Assembly: GCA_002269645.1 (NCBI GenBank)
Contig: NIVC01000532.1
Span: 62,001-126,000, forward strand
Length of the DNA: 64,000 nucleotides
Direction: 5' to 3'
Source: Macrostomum lignano
Lineage: Eukaryota
Part shown: piece after piece, positions 46,641 through 60,280 of the stretch
Layout: every line of letters begins with the position of its first letter
How positions within the stretch are numbered: position 1 is the first letter of the stretch
Notes under the pieces: generated by a model
What the model was told of the DNA's origin: nothing
Seen by the model: only the letters and a program-made list of their open reading frames with translations
Database searches by the model: none
Translations under genes and position numbers: made by a program

Positions 46641-47894
46641 ATGAGACCCGAAGTGGTCCTTTGCGCTGCACTGCTGCTAACAGCATGCACTGGTTTAGAA
46701 GCCGAGTGCAGGTGTAAATTTGCGCAACTCAAGCTCCAATTGAAGACGATGCACGCTACAGAGTCATCGGACTTCGAAAAGATCAGCAGCTTCATGGAAG
46801 GCCTGACAATACTCGACGATGTTCTGTTCACCAACGGAGGAAGTTTTGTCGGGTATTGTGACCGAATTAGCAGTTGCAATGCATCGATACTGCATGACCT
46901 GCTTGATGTAAATCTGCAACTGCTGACATCGGCTGGAAGATCGGCACTGGCGCACCTGCCGCAACTCAGCGTAGCTGTCAAAATAATCGAGTCGAATTTT
47001 TATTACTTTGACAACTATATCAAAGAACTGGCCAGGCTTAGGCCTGGACATACCGAGTTTCAGTTCGAATTTAAGCAAGAACAAGAGAGGCTACATAACG
47101 CAATGAAATCGGTGTGCTTTGTGAGCAATCGGACAAGCGAAAATGCTAATCAGTAAGAAGCCAGTTACAATCTGCATTTTAAAAATTTGTGAACCAACAA
47201 AGCAAACAGAAACGGGATGAAGGGGGAGGTGAAAGACAATATAGAATGTATGTAAAATTCAGGTTCTTTAGAGTTCCTATCTTTGTAAGCCTTATATATG
47301 GTAAAGTCTTATCTCTTAGCTTCTAAAAGCCCAAATCTAAAAAAACAAATATAGAAATTTAAACCAAACTTTACTACTGGTAGTAAGTAGTCAATTATTA
47401 AGCACATTATTAAGTCTGTTAAAACCTCACATAACTAAACTATTTACAGACCAACTCCGGAACTAAGTGAGATCGTGCGACAGATCCGATGCGAGCCGCA
47501 AGATTATCTACCCATATGCTTCAAGCTGCACAGTGCAGCTCTACAATACCTACTGATGCTACAATCGTACTCTGATCTATCAAGTATTAACCCTAAACAC
47601 TGGAGCAACGTACAAGAGTTTGCCTACTACAACAATTTCAGACATAAATTAATTGGCTCGATCGACTATTGCCGAACAAAGCGGGTGAAAACGGTGGTGA
47701 AAAGTGAAAGTCAATCTAAATTAGAGTTCCAACTAACCGGTATAGTCAGCTTCTCAATTGTGCTGCTAATCATAATTCTAGCTGTCGCTCTGGCGATTTG
47801 GATGGCAACAAACAGACAACGGACTAATCGAGCAGGCTTTGATCGTGTGGTTACCAACTCCGAAGGCTACCACTATGAAACTGGTTTCGTATGA
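46641..47894 (+). CDS. Orphan type I membrane protein B, exons 46641-47152 and 47450-47894
   Basis: Signal MRPEVVLCAALLLTACTGLEA; CA|gtaag...tttacag|A phase-2 intron joins both ORFs in frame; TM IVSFSIVLLIIILAVALAIWM. Confidence 0.8.
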
Positions 47895-48424
47895 CGATAG
47901 CAATTAAACCTTCCCCCACCTGCGGAATTGTTTCATAACCTCGATATTTTTGTAAATTTTTGCAAGCAAAAATATTTAAAGAATCTCGAAAATTTTCCCA
48001 AACAAATATACCACTATGTATGTACAGCATAATAGTCTCGTTGTTTTACAAACTTAGTGAATAAGATGCGGAACTAAAGGTGGAGGATAAAATGAATGTA
48101 CTCAAAACGAATGTACCAGATACTGTTTTCTAACCTCTCACCTACCGTAGAGAGCTACAAAATCTCTATAACAGCTACTTATGCTAATAAAAAGTAATTG
48201 GAACACAGAAGTCTTTTTATCCAAACCACTGCACTAAATATATTTTTATTAATCATTAACATGTACTCACACATACAGATATACAAACTGATGCAGTACA
48301 ACTAATTAACACACTCCAAAAACGAAGGTGGAGGCAATCTTGCAAATGGCATTCAATTCGACGTAGGAGCTGCCCCAGCTGCATTGGCATTAGATTACAG
48401 CCTGTAAGAGCGAGCTCAAACAAT

Positions 48425-48502
48425 CTACTTGCTCCTTTCTCTCATCTTCCTGCGCTTGCGCTTCAGCCTGCGCATCCTCTTCTTACGCCACTTTGCGCGC
48501 AT
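48425..48502 (-). CDS. RPL41: Ribosomal protein eL41, copy B (25 aa)
   Basis: Same peptide as copy A with different synonymous codons; acceptor tttcag 4 nt upstream of the ATG. Confidence 0.95.
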   Translation of the reverse strand: MRAKWRKKRMRRLKRKRRKMRERSK

Positions 48503-50939
48503 TGCGCTGAAATTAAAAAAAATTCTGGGAGTAAATTATGACATCAAATTATGAATGAAAAGGCTGACTGAGTTACTGCACAAGATGCGAGTCTTTTGAA
48601 AAATAAAAGTTATTTTATATGGGTTGAGTGTGATACTTAAAACAATTGGCGAGATATTCTGACAGGCTTTTGACTGATGCTGGCGCCCTGGACCTAACTG
48701 GGGGGTGTGACTTTCTGAGGCCTATGGCCCAGAGACGCGCTCTCTGACTTCTCCCCCTCTTTCTGGCCACTGTGTGGCTGGCGGGTGAAGTACTTTGTTG
48801 TTGTTGTTGCTGTTTTAAAACGATTTTGTTTAGTTAAAAGTGACAGTTTAGGGTTGGGTGCTGTGTAAGCTATGGCACAAAATAAGGGTTGAAATGACAG
48901 GGATGTAGCCAGGGAAAGAGGGACAACAGCCCATCCCCAAATGGCTGCTAAAAACAATGCATTCATGCCAATCCTAATAAAAGTCCTGCATTAAGTTGAT
49001 AATGAATATAAATAATCACACTATAAAGTTATCCACTTGCAGTTTCTTGTACATTAAATTATATATTTAATTTAAAACAGGTTAGTTCTATATCAGCCTT
49101 TGACTAATTTAAAGTTTTTAAAAACATATCTTTATATTTGTTTCATAACCTTTTTTATTTGATCAATTCAATTTAAATTGGATAAATTAAAATAATTTCT
49201 CTAAAAACTGACTTACACTTGTAAAATAGAGATGTAATAAAAACATATATATATTTATTGTTGCTAAATGCTACCACGTGACTCTGTCATAGCACTTTTA
49301 CCTTGGTGCATCCCACCCCCTGTAGAAAATTCACCTTGGTATATCCCCCATAGGAAATTCCTAGCTACACCCCTGATCAATAGTTATATATAATTACTGA
49401 TATACTATCTTTGTTACAGGAATTTCTTTTTTACAACTATAGAAAAATGAATATTAGTCTTTGTTATAGTAGATAAAGCCTATAAAAATCAAATAAAAAG
49501 TTTTAAAATTGATATAATATATTTATATATTCTCATATTTGCATAAGAAGTTGGGTTGTGCAGCTTGGTTTTAAAACCTTTTAACTTATACTCAAAGGTA
49601 TTTAAATAATCTTATCTCAAATGTAAAAAGCAATAAATAAGAAAAAATTAAGTATTCATAAAGCCTGTATAATAAATATTACTGGTATTTTTATTAAAAA
49701 TATTATTAACAAAAAGATATTGACAATCAACTTTTTAGCCTTGATAATATTTTATTTGAGCAGTCAGATCTTAAAATCCTATATAAGCCTAGTATCTTAG
49801 CATTCAATACTAATCAAACTTTATTCTATTTAATTTTTGGCTTATTAGCAATTCCCACTTCATCTTTGGGATTTTTAACATTTTTGAAAGCCTTGGAATC
49901 TTAGCAACTCATTAGTGAACAATGGCATCTCAGTAACTTTCCCAGAGTCATGGTTTTTAATAAACCTTTATTGTATAAAATGCTTAATACAACATTCTAT
50001 ATAATTTTTTAATGGTTTGTTCAATGCTTTATAGTTTACACTAAGCTTTGTATAGTCTTCTATCTAATATATTATATAATGCTTTGTGAAATGCTTTATA
50101 ACATTCTTTGCAAAACTCTATAAATTTTTATATAGTATTATATATAGTGCCATATACTTTAAGTATATTGTTTAAAAATGCTTCATTTAATGCTCTATAA
50201 TTTAGTTCTCTAGTATAGTGTTAAAAGATGTTATATACAATATATTATCTATAATAAAAATATTCAAAATCTTGAAGCTATTTATTTATTATTATTAATT
50301 GGCTTGCACTTGTTTAATTATTATTTTGTTGAAAACCTTTTGTTGTTCTAGCAATTAAATACTTATATATTTACATTACATTGTAGCACTTTGTTTCCCA
50401 CTGTCTGCGATTAATAAAAGTACTTTAATTTGAATGTCCACAAGCTAGGTAATCTATGAACCAAACTCCAACTTTCGGTTTCAGCCTCAAACTAATTGTA
50501 CTTTATTTTTTATTAAATAGAAATGATCACCCCCTAGCCGAGGTTTAACCTCTTGCTCAACTTAATAAATAATCTTCATCCTTTGGTAGCCAGCGCTACA
50601 ACTTATATTACATACCATGCTTAAAATCAAAATCAAAATTATGATATCATTTTGCATTTATCAAAAAGTTTAAACTCAAATAAATAAAAAAATTTTCTAC
50701 CTATCTTTTATACTATTAGGCTTTTTTGACCAATATTTCTACTAGAATTTTTTGTAAAAAGTAATGCATAAATCTAATAGTACTTAGTTTTTGTTCTAGG
50801 TATCTAAGAGCTGATATCTAAAAAGGAAAGATGAAAATAATATTTTATATAAATCTTAAATGTTCTTGATAATAGCAATGGAATATCTTATTTTAGGCTT
50901 AAAGTGTGTTATAACTTGGGTTTTTGAAGGTGGCAACTG

Positions 50940-53690
50940 AAATCTAGTCGCCAACTAAAAGAAATCCAGTTGCCAACTGGCCTTTTGAGCTCAAAATATA
51001 GTTGCCAATGGCTATTTTTGGTTGCCCATTGGCAACTAGCCAGATTCTCAAGGATGGATATTTCCAAGGCAGCATTTGAAAAGCAGAAATTTCATTTATA
51101 AAATCATTTTTAAAATTGGCAAATGGCATAGGGAAAATGAAGTTGTCAGATTGGCCTCTTATTAGCAACTAAGATTTTAGTTGCTAATAAGATTTTCAAG
51201 GGGCCAAAAAACCCTTTATGGCCCAAAAAGGTTATAACTCAAACTTTTTTGCCAAAAGAACCATGTAAAACATTGAAACTTATATTTAGAACCAATGCTA
51301 TTATTATCATTTAGGAAAACAAATGATAATAATTTTTTAATTTCAGAATTTTTATCTATTGCTTAAATAACATAGATCAATAGATAATAGACCAGCTAAA
51401 TATTATATTTTTTCTAACCTAATAAGTGCCCTCTAGGAGTTAGAGAGGTTTCCTAGAGAAGTTACATTAACAAATTATTTATAAATTCACTTTAGGCTAT
51501 TTATAACTTTCTTTCATTTTAAGCAATATACCTAACAATGTACCTTGGTATACAAAATGCATTGTAATATATTCATTTTTTTACTTTTTCTTTATTTTAC
51601 TTGCTAAGTAAGCCATTTTACCAGATTTTTACTCAAGGACAAGGATAAAAGTGTTAGATAAACAAATAATAGTTAGATAATTGGATTTAGGCTAAATTCC
51701 TTTAAATCATAATGTAGCAAAGCAAGAACAAAACTACCAACTTATTATCTATGTATATTATACAAAGCAATGATAATTTTTTTTAATAAACATAGAAACA
51801 GAATGCAAAATTTTTAATACAAGATTTTTAATATTAAAGTTTAGATAAAGCTAGTTAAAAAGACCTTTGCTACTTTATTAATACTATATAACATTATACT
51901 TTAGCCAAAAAATAAGCTAGACCTAGTTTAATTGAATATAAGCACTAATGAGACTAATGACAAATGAAAATTTGCTATTGGTTACAACTTTTTATGAGGG
52001 CTATTCCAAGTCTTTAGTCTAACATCTTTTTTTTAAATAGTTATTATTCTCAAACTTGATTTACATAATATCCAATATGCCATATAACTTATAGTTATAA
52101 AAGACAAAATATTAAATTTTCAATATGTATCTATATCTATTGATAAGACATTTCTTATATACCAATACAAAAAAGCATTAACTTAAAAATTATGACTTAA
52201 GCAATGATGCTTTATGACTTCTATATAGCTTAACAAGGTAACAATGTTATAAGCAGCTTGTAACTACTTTTAGAGGTTAAGCTCTAGTCAAAAAACTGAT
52301 ATTTCAGGTTTATTAATAGCTAGACAAGTTAGCAAACAAGTGCAACCTCCAAAATTTAGTCAGCTGTGCAACTTAGTTTTAACAAAAATGCAATATAGTT
52401 TTTTGCCAAAAAATATAACTTACATGTAAAAAACCCTAAAGCAAAATTAATGCAACTTTGGGTAAATGGTAGGAGTAACTTTGACTATCTTATTAAGGCA
52501 AAATGCCTCATCATCTACTTAGTAATACTTTGGTATTTATTCGAGTGGGCATTTTTGCAACTTACCTTAGTTGGCCGCCAAATTGGTTAGCTAGATTGGC
52601 CAACTTGGCCAACTATTGCGCATGTATGCAAGTTAGTTTGATAAGAATTAAAGCAGCTAACTTGCTACTATTATAATACTAGGATTAGTAGTTTTGTAAG
52701 CCCTAAATATAGAATAGATAGAATATCTAATATAGGCAATTTGCTAAATTATAATAAAGTTGTAGGCTTAATATACATGCACAACAGTTGGCTGAGTCAG
52801 CCAATCTGGCTGATTGATTTGGTGGCCAACCAAAGAAGTTGCAAAAATGCCCACCCAAAAAAATACTTAAGTAGTAGTACTAAGTAGCTGATGAAGAATT
52901 TTGACTTAATAAGACAGTTAGAATTACTCTTGCTGTTGACCCAAAGTTGCATTAATTTTGCTTTAGGGTTTTTTACATGTAAGTTGCATTTTATTTTTAG
53001 GCCAAAAACTATGCTCTATTTTTATTAAAACTAAGTTGCATGGCCAACCGAATTTTGGAGGTTGCGCATATATGAGGCTTAAGGCATTAGGGCCAACTAC
53101 TTTAGACTAGTGAAATAAGTACAGAATGTCCTTTATAACTATTAGTATCTTAATGTTTAAAAGTTATATACCTAATAGATATCCCTTTTGTTTATAGAGC
53201 TATAAAATTTAGCTTTTCCCATATAGTGATGCTATCCTTTAGGTTATAAACTAAAAATCAAATTATTTCTAACTTTGATAATGATATAAAAAGATTAATT
53301 ACAACATATTATACTATTTTACCTTTAGTTTTGAATAAAAACTTTGAAACCTAACAAACTCCTCTTTAATATTGACATTATAGTCTAGGTTTTTTGGCCC
53401 TTAGAAAATCTGGCAACTTTATTTTCCTATACTAGTTGCCAATTTCAAAAAATGATTTTGTAGGTATAAAAAATTGCTATATGAATTGATATAATAGAAT
53501 TATTAATAATAGTTTGTTATTGTTTGCAGCATAGATAGCAATCTTAGAGTTGAAAGAACAAAATTCTGCTTTTTAAATGCACATTTAGAAATATCTATCT
53601 TTGAGAATTTGGCAATTACTAATAGGCAACCAAAAATAGCCATTGGCAACTAGATTTTGAGCCTAAAGGGCCAGCTGGCAACTGGATTTC
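50940..53690. mobile_element. Nested long inverted repeats (foldback or nested MITE-like) in an AT-rich block
   Basis: Outer arms ~50940-51200 and ~53390-53690; middle arms ~52085-52115 and ~53120-53150; inner arms ~52340-52625 and ~52775-53067. Confidence 0.75.
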
Positions 53691-54638
53691 CAACCTTAAA
53701 AAACCTATTAACAATGCTATGTTTATGGCATTTTTTGAAACATACAACCAAGAATAAATATAATAACTTAATAAGGTAAGGTAGTAATCAAAATTGATTA
53801 TGAACTATTCAATATTGATTAGGGATTATCAAAAATGGAATGGACTTTTTGGGTATTCAAACCATAGTGTCAGTTTTAAAGCAACTCTATCAAAATAGAA
53901 TTAGACTAGCCTAATAGACTTTATACAGTTTATAGACTAAGTAATCAGGCTTTTTTAGCTTGTATATATGTAAAAGAATGGATAAAAATAAATTTAGCAA
54001 TACTTTTAGATCCCATGGGGCCATGTCACTTAAAGTCGCTTGTGTGCCTATGTCGCTTAAAGTGCGCCAGGGTGCACACAACCCCCTGCCTCTAATAAAA
54101 AATAAATAAATAGGCCCTAATGTTACATAACAGAACAGAACTTAGGCCCTAAAATTATTATTTAATTTAGCCTATGCAGCTCTGTGGCAATGCCACTTTA
54201 TAAAGGACTACTTACAGGGTAGGCCCCTAGGGTATCATAAATACTGGTTTTTTTGAATTGGATGTATTAGCCTATTATTAGGCCTAGCCCCACCCCATAC
54301 GGCCTAGACAAAGATTAAAATGATATCCAAAAACGCACTAGTATGACAAGTACTAGTACTATGTGACAACCTAAATTATTTTTGTAAACATACAGTAAGC
54401 GCATCTATCTATCTTAAGTTCTTCAGGCCTGTCTTAGTGTCCTGTTAGAAATGTCACGTAGGCTTGTCCTAAGTAAAATCTGGTCGAAATTATTGCGTTA
54501 TACAACACGACAGCATATGGCCGTTTGAATTGGCGCTAAAACGCCTGTCTGAGCAATCTGTAAATTTTTGTTATAATGGCTTGTAGCGGGTAACGCTTTG
54601 AAAAATTTAACTTGAGAATTTTGCTCATTTTTTTTACC

Positions 54639-57600
54639 ATGGCTACCTTTGACTTAACAGATATAACTGCAAACCTGCCATCAGTTCAGTTTGAAGGTGC
54701 ATTAACAGAGGAGCAGTATGCTGAAAACTATCTGCGAAATAAATGCCACAGTCTTTTATACAATGCCTGCGCACAATCTGTATATTTTGTGTCCTCACTT
54801 AACGAATTCAGGTATGCGTATGTCATTCTCGAACAGAGTTTAAATAGGAAGCCTTTGAATTTATTCAGACATTTAATATTTTATCCATGTTTTTTACTTT
54901 GTGAAACTTCAATTTTTTCAGGATAAACTTGTCTTTTACTCTGATTAGTGACTACATGCCTGCTAATAATACTATATTAACATAGGCAGCAAGTTATGCA
55001 TATTGTACTAGGCATAAGTGCGATGCTTTAAATACATTTTTTATCCAAACTGCTCAACTGAATGACATATTAAAGTCCCATTTTTTCGCAACTTTTTAGG
55101 TTGTGGTTAAAAAACTCGATAACAAATATCTAGTTAACAGTGCGAAAAGCTATTCCATAGTTCACTATGTCTTATATATATTTTATTAATTTTTAACAAC
55201 TTAACGCTTTTAGTTATAGTTGAAGTAGTGAGGTATTTTACATTTTTTTGCACAAGCTCCACACAACGTCCAAAATAATTTTTTTCCAATGTCTCATTTG
55301 CTTTTTTGTCAAATTATGGCCCTGTGTGTTTCTAGTCTTTAAAAGCATTCTATGAAATAAAACTTAATCCATCCTAAAAAATACAGGTATTTTGAAATTT
55401 AATTTAGTAAAATCAAAATCTTTAGTTCAAAAAGACATTGCTGCAATTGCCAGAGCACTGGGAACAGGGAGGTTGCAAGAGAGGGCAGCTGCCACCAGGC
55501 ATTGAGATGGGGCACTGCTCCCTTCTGGAATTTGAGATCATTTCTTAACCGCAAAATAGGAGCCAACCAGGGGAGTTCAAGAGGGCCAGATGTTCCGTAG
55601 TGAAAATGGGGTCCTTTTCCTGGATAAATCTTGTTTGCAGCGCAAAGTTAACGTCAAATGTAACTAAAATCAGTGGGACTCTTTCCCGTCGGGCAAGAAA
55701 TGTTTCGTGGTGCCTGTATGGCAAAAACGAATAGTTCAAATCGATACAATATTTTTATTAGTCACCAGCAGCCCGAGCTATAACTCGCATTTTCCCACGC
55801 GCAGGGAGAACCGCCTGTTGGTGCTGCACCCGAACGATAAGAAGCTCTCCAACAAACTGCTGAAAGACATGCAGGCCAAGGAGCCGCTGCTGGTTGGCAT
55901 CATCGGATTCGGACGGCTGGGCTCTCGGCTGGCCAACTTTCTGGTGCGCGGTTCAGGCCTAATGCCGCAGGAATTGAAGATCTCCACGAGAAGGCCTGAG
56001 CTGGCTTGTGAGTTCTACGTTGAACAAGGATTTTCTAGTAGCAATGACTATTTTACTTTTGCGTAGCTTTGGATATCTTTAAGTAGCTCTGAGTAGTCTG
56101 TGAGTTAACTGTAGCTTAGTCCGTAACTTTTTGTAGCGTTGAGTAGCTTTGCGTAGCTTTTTCCATGACCTGAGACGCTTAGTCCGTGAGCGGAGTAGCT
56201 TAGTTCGTGAGTTAAGTAGCTTAGTCCGTGAGTTGAGTAGCTTAGTCCGTGAGTTGAGTAGCTTAGTCCGTGAGTTGAGTAGCTTAGTCCGTGAGTTGAG
56301 CAGCTTAGTCCGTGAGTTGAGTAGTTTAGTCCGCGAGCTGAGTAGCTTAGTCCGTGAGCTGAGCTAGAATATTCATTCCCTCCTTCTGGTATCAGAAATG
56401 TGTCAGAATGGTGCTATGGGGAGGGCTGCAAAGCTGCAAGACATCATAGAGTACGCTTTCACTATCGCTTTGCAGCGGACCTGACTGCCAGAGGCTGTAT
56501 CTGCGTGTTTGACAACGCCAAAGTTGCCTCCTCTGTTCACCTGCTGTTTCTGTGCTGCCCTCCGGCCGCGCTGCCCAGCGTAGCCGATGAAATTCGCGAC
56601 CACCTGTCGCCTAGGACCATTGTGTACTCGTATGTGACCGGCTACAGGTGAGCAACGCTCCATCTGTGTTGGTACAGAGTGATGGAAAATCTAGAAATGA
56701 GATGTCTCTGTGGATCTTAATCTCAACTAATAAAGTATGCAAATTTGCTTCAAGTTCTACTAACAGTCATATAAAGCGTGAAGTAACGTTTTCGTTACAT
56801 TTTACCGCTTGAAGGGAGAGAAAACTACGCCAACTACTGGACCACGAGGCCCTGATTTGTCCGGCCTTCAGCTGCCGGCCGGCCCTCGCTTCCGTCTGGC
56901 CAATGTCGGCCGAAATGGTCGACCTGATGATGCGGCCAGCCACCGCTATGGCCGCCTGTCCAGTGGCGCCTCCAGCCAGCTCCCAGGATGAAGAAGACTG
57001 CGATAACGAGGTGCGTCTGATTTCGCACTCGGGGTGTCATGTTGTGTTAGGAGTTTTTAGAGTCTGAGGCGCTAATTAAGCGCCTCAGAGGTGCTTGAGG
57101 TGCATTTCGTGTCAGATCATCGACAACTGATGCAGAATGACGCTCACTAGACTTTCTTAGAAATAAGCTGGAAGCCGGCAAGTAACGGATATTTGTCGTA
57201 TCGTTCTGGACAGAATTCGTCTGTGGCGCAACCCCATTCAGCGCTATGCATTCTCCAGATCATACTAAAAGCACTGTCGATAGGACACATCTACATTCCT
57301 TACATCACTCAGCTCATTTCTAAGAAAACCATGTGCAGCGTCCTTCTGCTTCCGCTGTCTATGTGTCAGATTGTGTAAGCTTTGTGTGCATTTGGTTGCA
57401 TCTGATGTCAGAGGTTTCAGTTTGGTGTCGGGGCATGAACCTGGGTGCCAAAGAGCTTCGATTTGGATGCCAGGGGGGGGGGCGTCCATTCATATGTCAC
57501 GACGACCCCAGCGCACTACTGCTGCCACAACCCCCCGTTCAATCTACGCGTCAGCCTGGAGCGTTTCTCCGCACGGACCCGAAGCTGATCACTCTGTGGA

Positions 57601-59315
57601 TCTACTCGCTAGCCAACCTGTGCACGCTGAAGCGGCACACGGTAGACGAGACTCTGGCCATCGTCAATCACATCTGCGTGCGCAGCGCCATCAAGCCGGC
57701 TCGACCTACCGGCGAAGATGATGACGAAAAGCAGCTGCTGAATGAGGCGGCGGCTGCCGAGGCGGAGGCTGCAGCGGCCGCCCTGCTGCTTCAGCCGCGC
57801 GACCTCATCCGGGGTCTGGACGCCAGCGACGAGTGAGTGGATCCCCAATGGCTAGCCAAAAGATTCTATGGCTTTAGAGGCAGAATTGGCTCCCTCAGTG
57901 GGATTTCCAAAATTCCAAGGGTTTCACAATCAGGGGCACGATAGCTGAGGTGTTTCGTTTAGAACCAGGTGCGCCAGAACCAGGTGCGCCAGAACCAGGT
58001 GCGCCAGAACCAGGTGCGCCAGAACCAGGTGCGCCAGAACCAGGTGCGCCAGAACCAGGTGCGCCAGAACCAGGTGCGCCAGAACCAGGTGCGCCAGAAC
58101 CAGGTGCGCCAGAACCAGGTGCGCCAGAACCAGGTGCGCCAGAACCAGGTGCGCCAGAACCAGGTGCGCCAGAACCAGGTGCGCCAGAACCAGGTGCGCC
58201 AGAACCAGGTGCGCCAGAACCAGGTGCGCCAGAACCAGGTGCGCCAGAACCAGGTGCGCCAGAACCAGGTGCGCCAGAACCAGGTGCGCCAGAACCAGGT
58301 GCGCCAGAACCAGGTGCGCCAGAACCAGGTGCGCCAGAACCAGGTGCGCCAGAACCAGGTGCGCCAGAACCAGGTGCGCCAGAACCAGGTGCGCCAGAAC
58401 CAGGTGCGCCAGAACCAGGTGCGCCAGAACCAGGTGCGCCAGAACCAGGTGCGCCAGAACCAGGTGCGCCAGAACCAGGTGCGCCAGAACCAGGTGCGCC
58501 AGAACCAGGTGCGCCAGAACCAGGTGCGCCAGAACCAGGTGCGCCAGAACCAGGTGCGCCAGAACCAGGTGCGCCAGAACCAGGTGCGCCAGAACCAGGT
58601 GCGCCAGAACCAGGTGCGCCAGAACCAGGTGCGCCAGAACCAGGTGCGCCAGAACCAGGTGCGCCAGAACCAGGTGCGCCAGAACCAGGTGCGCCAGAAC
58701 CAGGTGCGCCAGAACCAGGTGCGCCAGAACCAGGTGCGCCAGAACCAGGTGCGCCAGAACCAGGTGCGCCAGAACCAGGTGCGCCAGAACCAGGTGCGCC
58801 AGAACCAGGTGCGCCAGAACCAGGTGCGCCAGAACCAGGTGCGCCAGAACCAGGTGCGCCAGAACCAGGTGCGCCAGAACCAGGTGCGCCAGAACCAGGT
58901 GCGCCAGAACCAGGTGCGCCAGAACCAGGTGCGCCAGAACCAGGTGCACCAGAACCAGGTGCGCCAGAACCAGGTGCGCCAGAACCAGGTGCGCCAGAAC
59001 CAGGTGCGCCAGAACCAGGTGCGCCAGAACCAGGTGCGCCAGAACCAGGTGCGCCAGAACCAGGTGCGCCAGAAACCAGGGGCGCCAGCACCAGGGTATT
59101 AGCCCCTTCTCCCCCTAGAAGAGACCCAACCTTTGCCGCAACCCCATTCCAACTGCAGGCACCTGCCACTCTTCGACCTGACGGAGATTTCTCAGCAGGC
59201 GACCTTCTTGGATGATCGGCTGCGTCGAGACGCCGCACTGAGGCGGTCGTTTACTGACAGATTCTGCCAGCGCCTGGGCGCCGCCTGCACAAAGCTGAAG
59301 TTTCACAGCGGCTGA
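54639..59315 (+). CDS. NOXRED1: NADP-dependent oxidoreductase domain-containing protein 1 (P5C reductase-like)
   Basis: Predicted exons 54639-54811, 55805-56007, 56476-56647, 56872-57010, 57555-57832, 59159-59315 in compatible phase. Motifs SVQFE..L.EE...NYL, VGIIGFGRLG, LKISTRRPE, LFLCCPP..LP, IVYSYV, LPLFDLT. Confidence 0.85.
56075..56365. repeat. 21-bp intronic tandem repeat (agtagcttagtccgtgagttg)
   Basis: About ten clear copies plus degenerate ones. Confidence 0.92.
57961..59075. repeat. Near-perfect 15-bp tandem repeat (agaaccaggtgcgcc), about 74 copies, in the last NOXRED1 intron
   Basis: Directly visible; one substitution seen near 58948. Confidence 0.99.
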
Positions 59316-59615
59316 CTGTCGGTTTTTTTATTTTTTATCTTAACTGCATCCAAATTACGCTACTAATAGTAAACCAGTTTGATATTCATTCTTATTTTTA
59401 TTGGAGCTGTTTTACGTTTCGTGCGTTGCACAAAGTACGAGTTGAAATTTCAAGTAAGCAGAATTTTTTGTAAGTAAACCACCCAAATCGCTTTTTTCAG
59501 TTAAAAGTTTCTCTTTTAGAACACGTCAAGTCTTCTGTTTAATTTTAAAACTTGTATCTCAGAATATAGCACTAACTGTGTAGGAAATCCAAAAGTGTAG
59601 TTTTCAAGTAAACAG

Positions 59616-60205
59616 CAGTCCCGAATCCCCAGTCCCGAATCCCCAGTCCCGAATCCCCAGTCCCGAATCCCCGGTCCCGAATCCCCTGTCCCGAATCCCC
59701 GGTCCCGAATCCCCGGTCCTGAATCCCCAGTCCCGAATCCCCAGTCCCGAATCCCCAGTCCCGAATCCCCAGTCCCGAATCCCCAGTCCCGAATCCCCAG
59801 TCCCGAATCCCCAGTCCCGAATCCCCAGTCCCGAATCCCCAGTCCCGAATCCCCAGTCCCGAATCCCCAGTCCCGAATCCCCAGTCCCGAATCCCCAGTC
59901 CCGAATCCCCAGTCCCGAATCCCCAGTCCCGAATCCCCAGTCCCGAATCCCCAGTCCCGAATCCCCAGTCCCGAATCCCCAGTCCCGAATCCCCAGTCCC
60001 GAATCCCCAGTCCCGAATCCCCAGTCCCGAATCCCCAGTCCCGAATCCCCAGTCCCGAATCCCCAGTCCCGAATCCCCAGTCCCGAATCCTCGATCCCAA
60101 ATCCTCAATCCCAAATCCTCGATCCCAAATCCTCGATCCAAAATCCTAGATCCCAAATCCTCGATCCAAAATCCCAGATCCCAAATCCTCGATCCCAAAT
60201 CCTAG
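59616..60205. repeat. 14-bp tandem repeat (cagtcccgaatccc) grading into (gatcccaaatcctc)
   Basis: Directly visible. Confidence 0.97.
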
Positions 60206-60280
60206 ATTCTGGGTCTTGTATTCCGCACCCTTGTTTGAAAGCGGTGACCAGAAGTCTCATGTGACGCCCCATCCACTGCC

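Noticed and set aside
57895-59238. 447-aa (GAPGS)n elastin/silk-like ORF and the opposite-strand (APEPG)n ORF
   Set aside because: Both arise from a stop-free 15-bp intronic repeat with no synonymous variation; the minus ORF starts antisense to a NOXRED1 exon.
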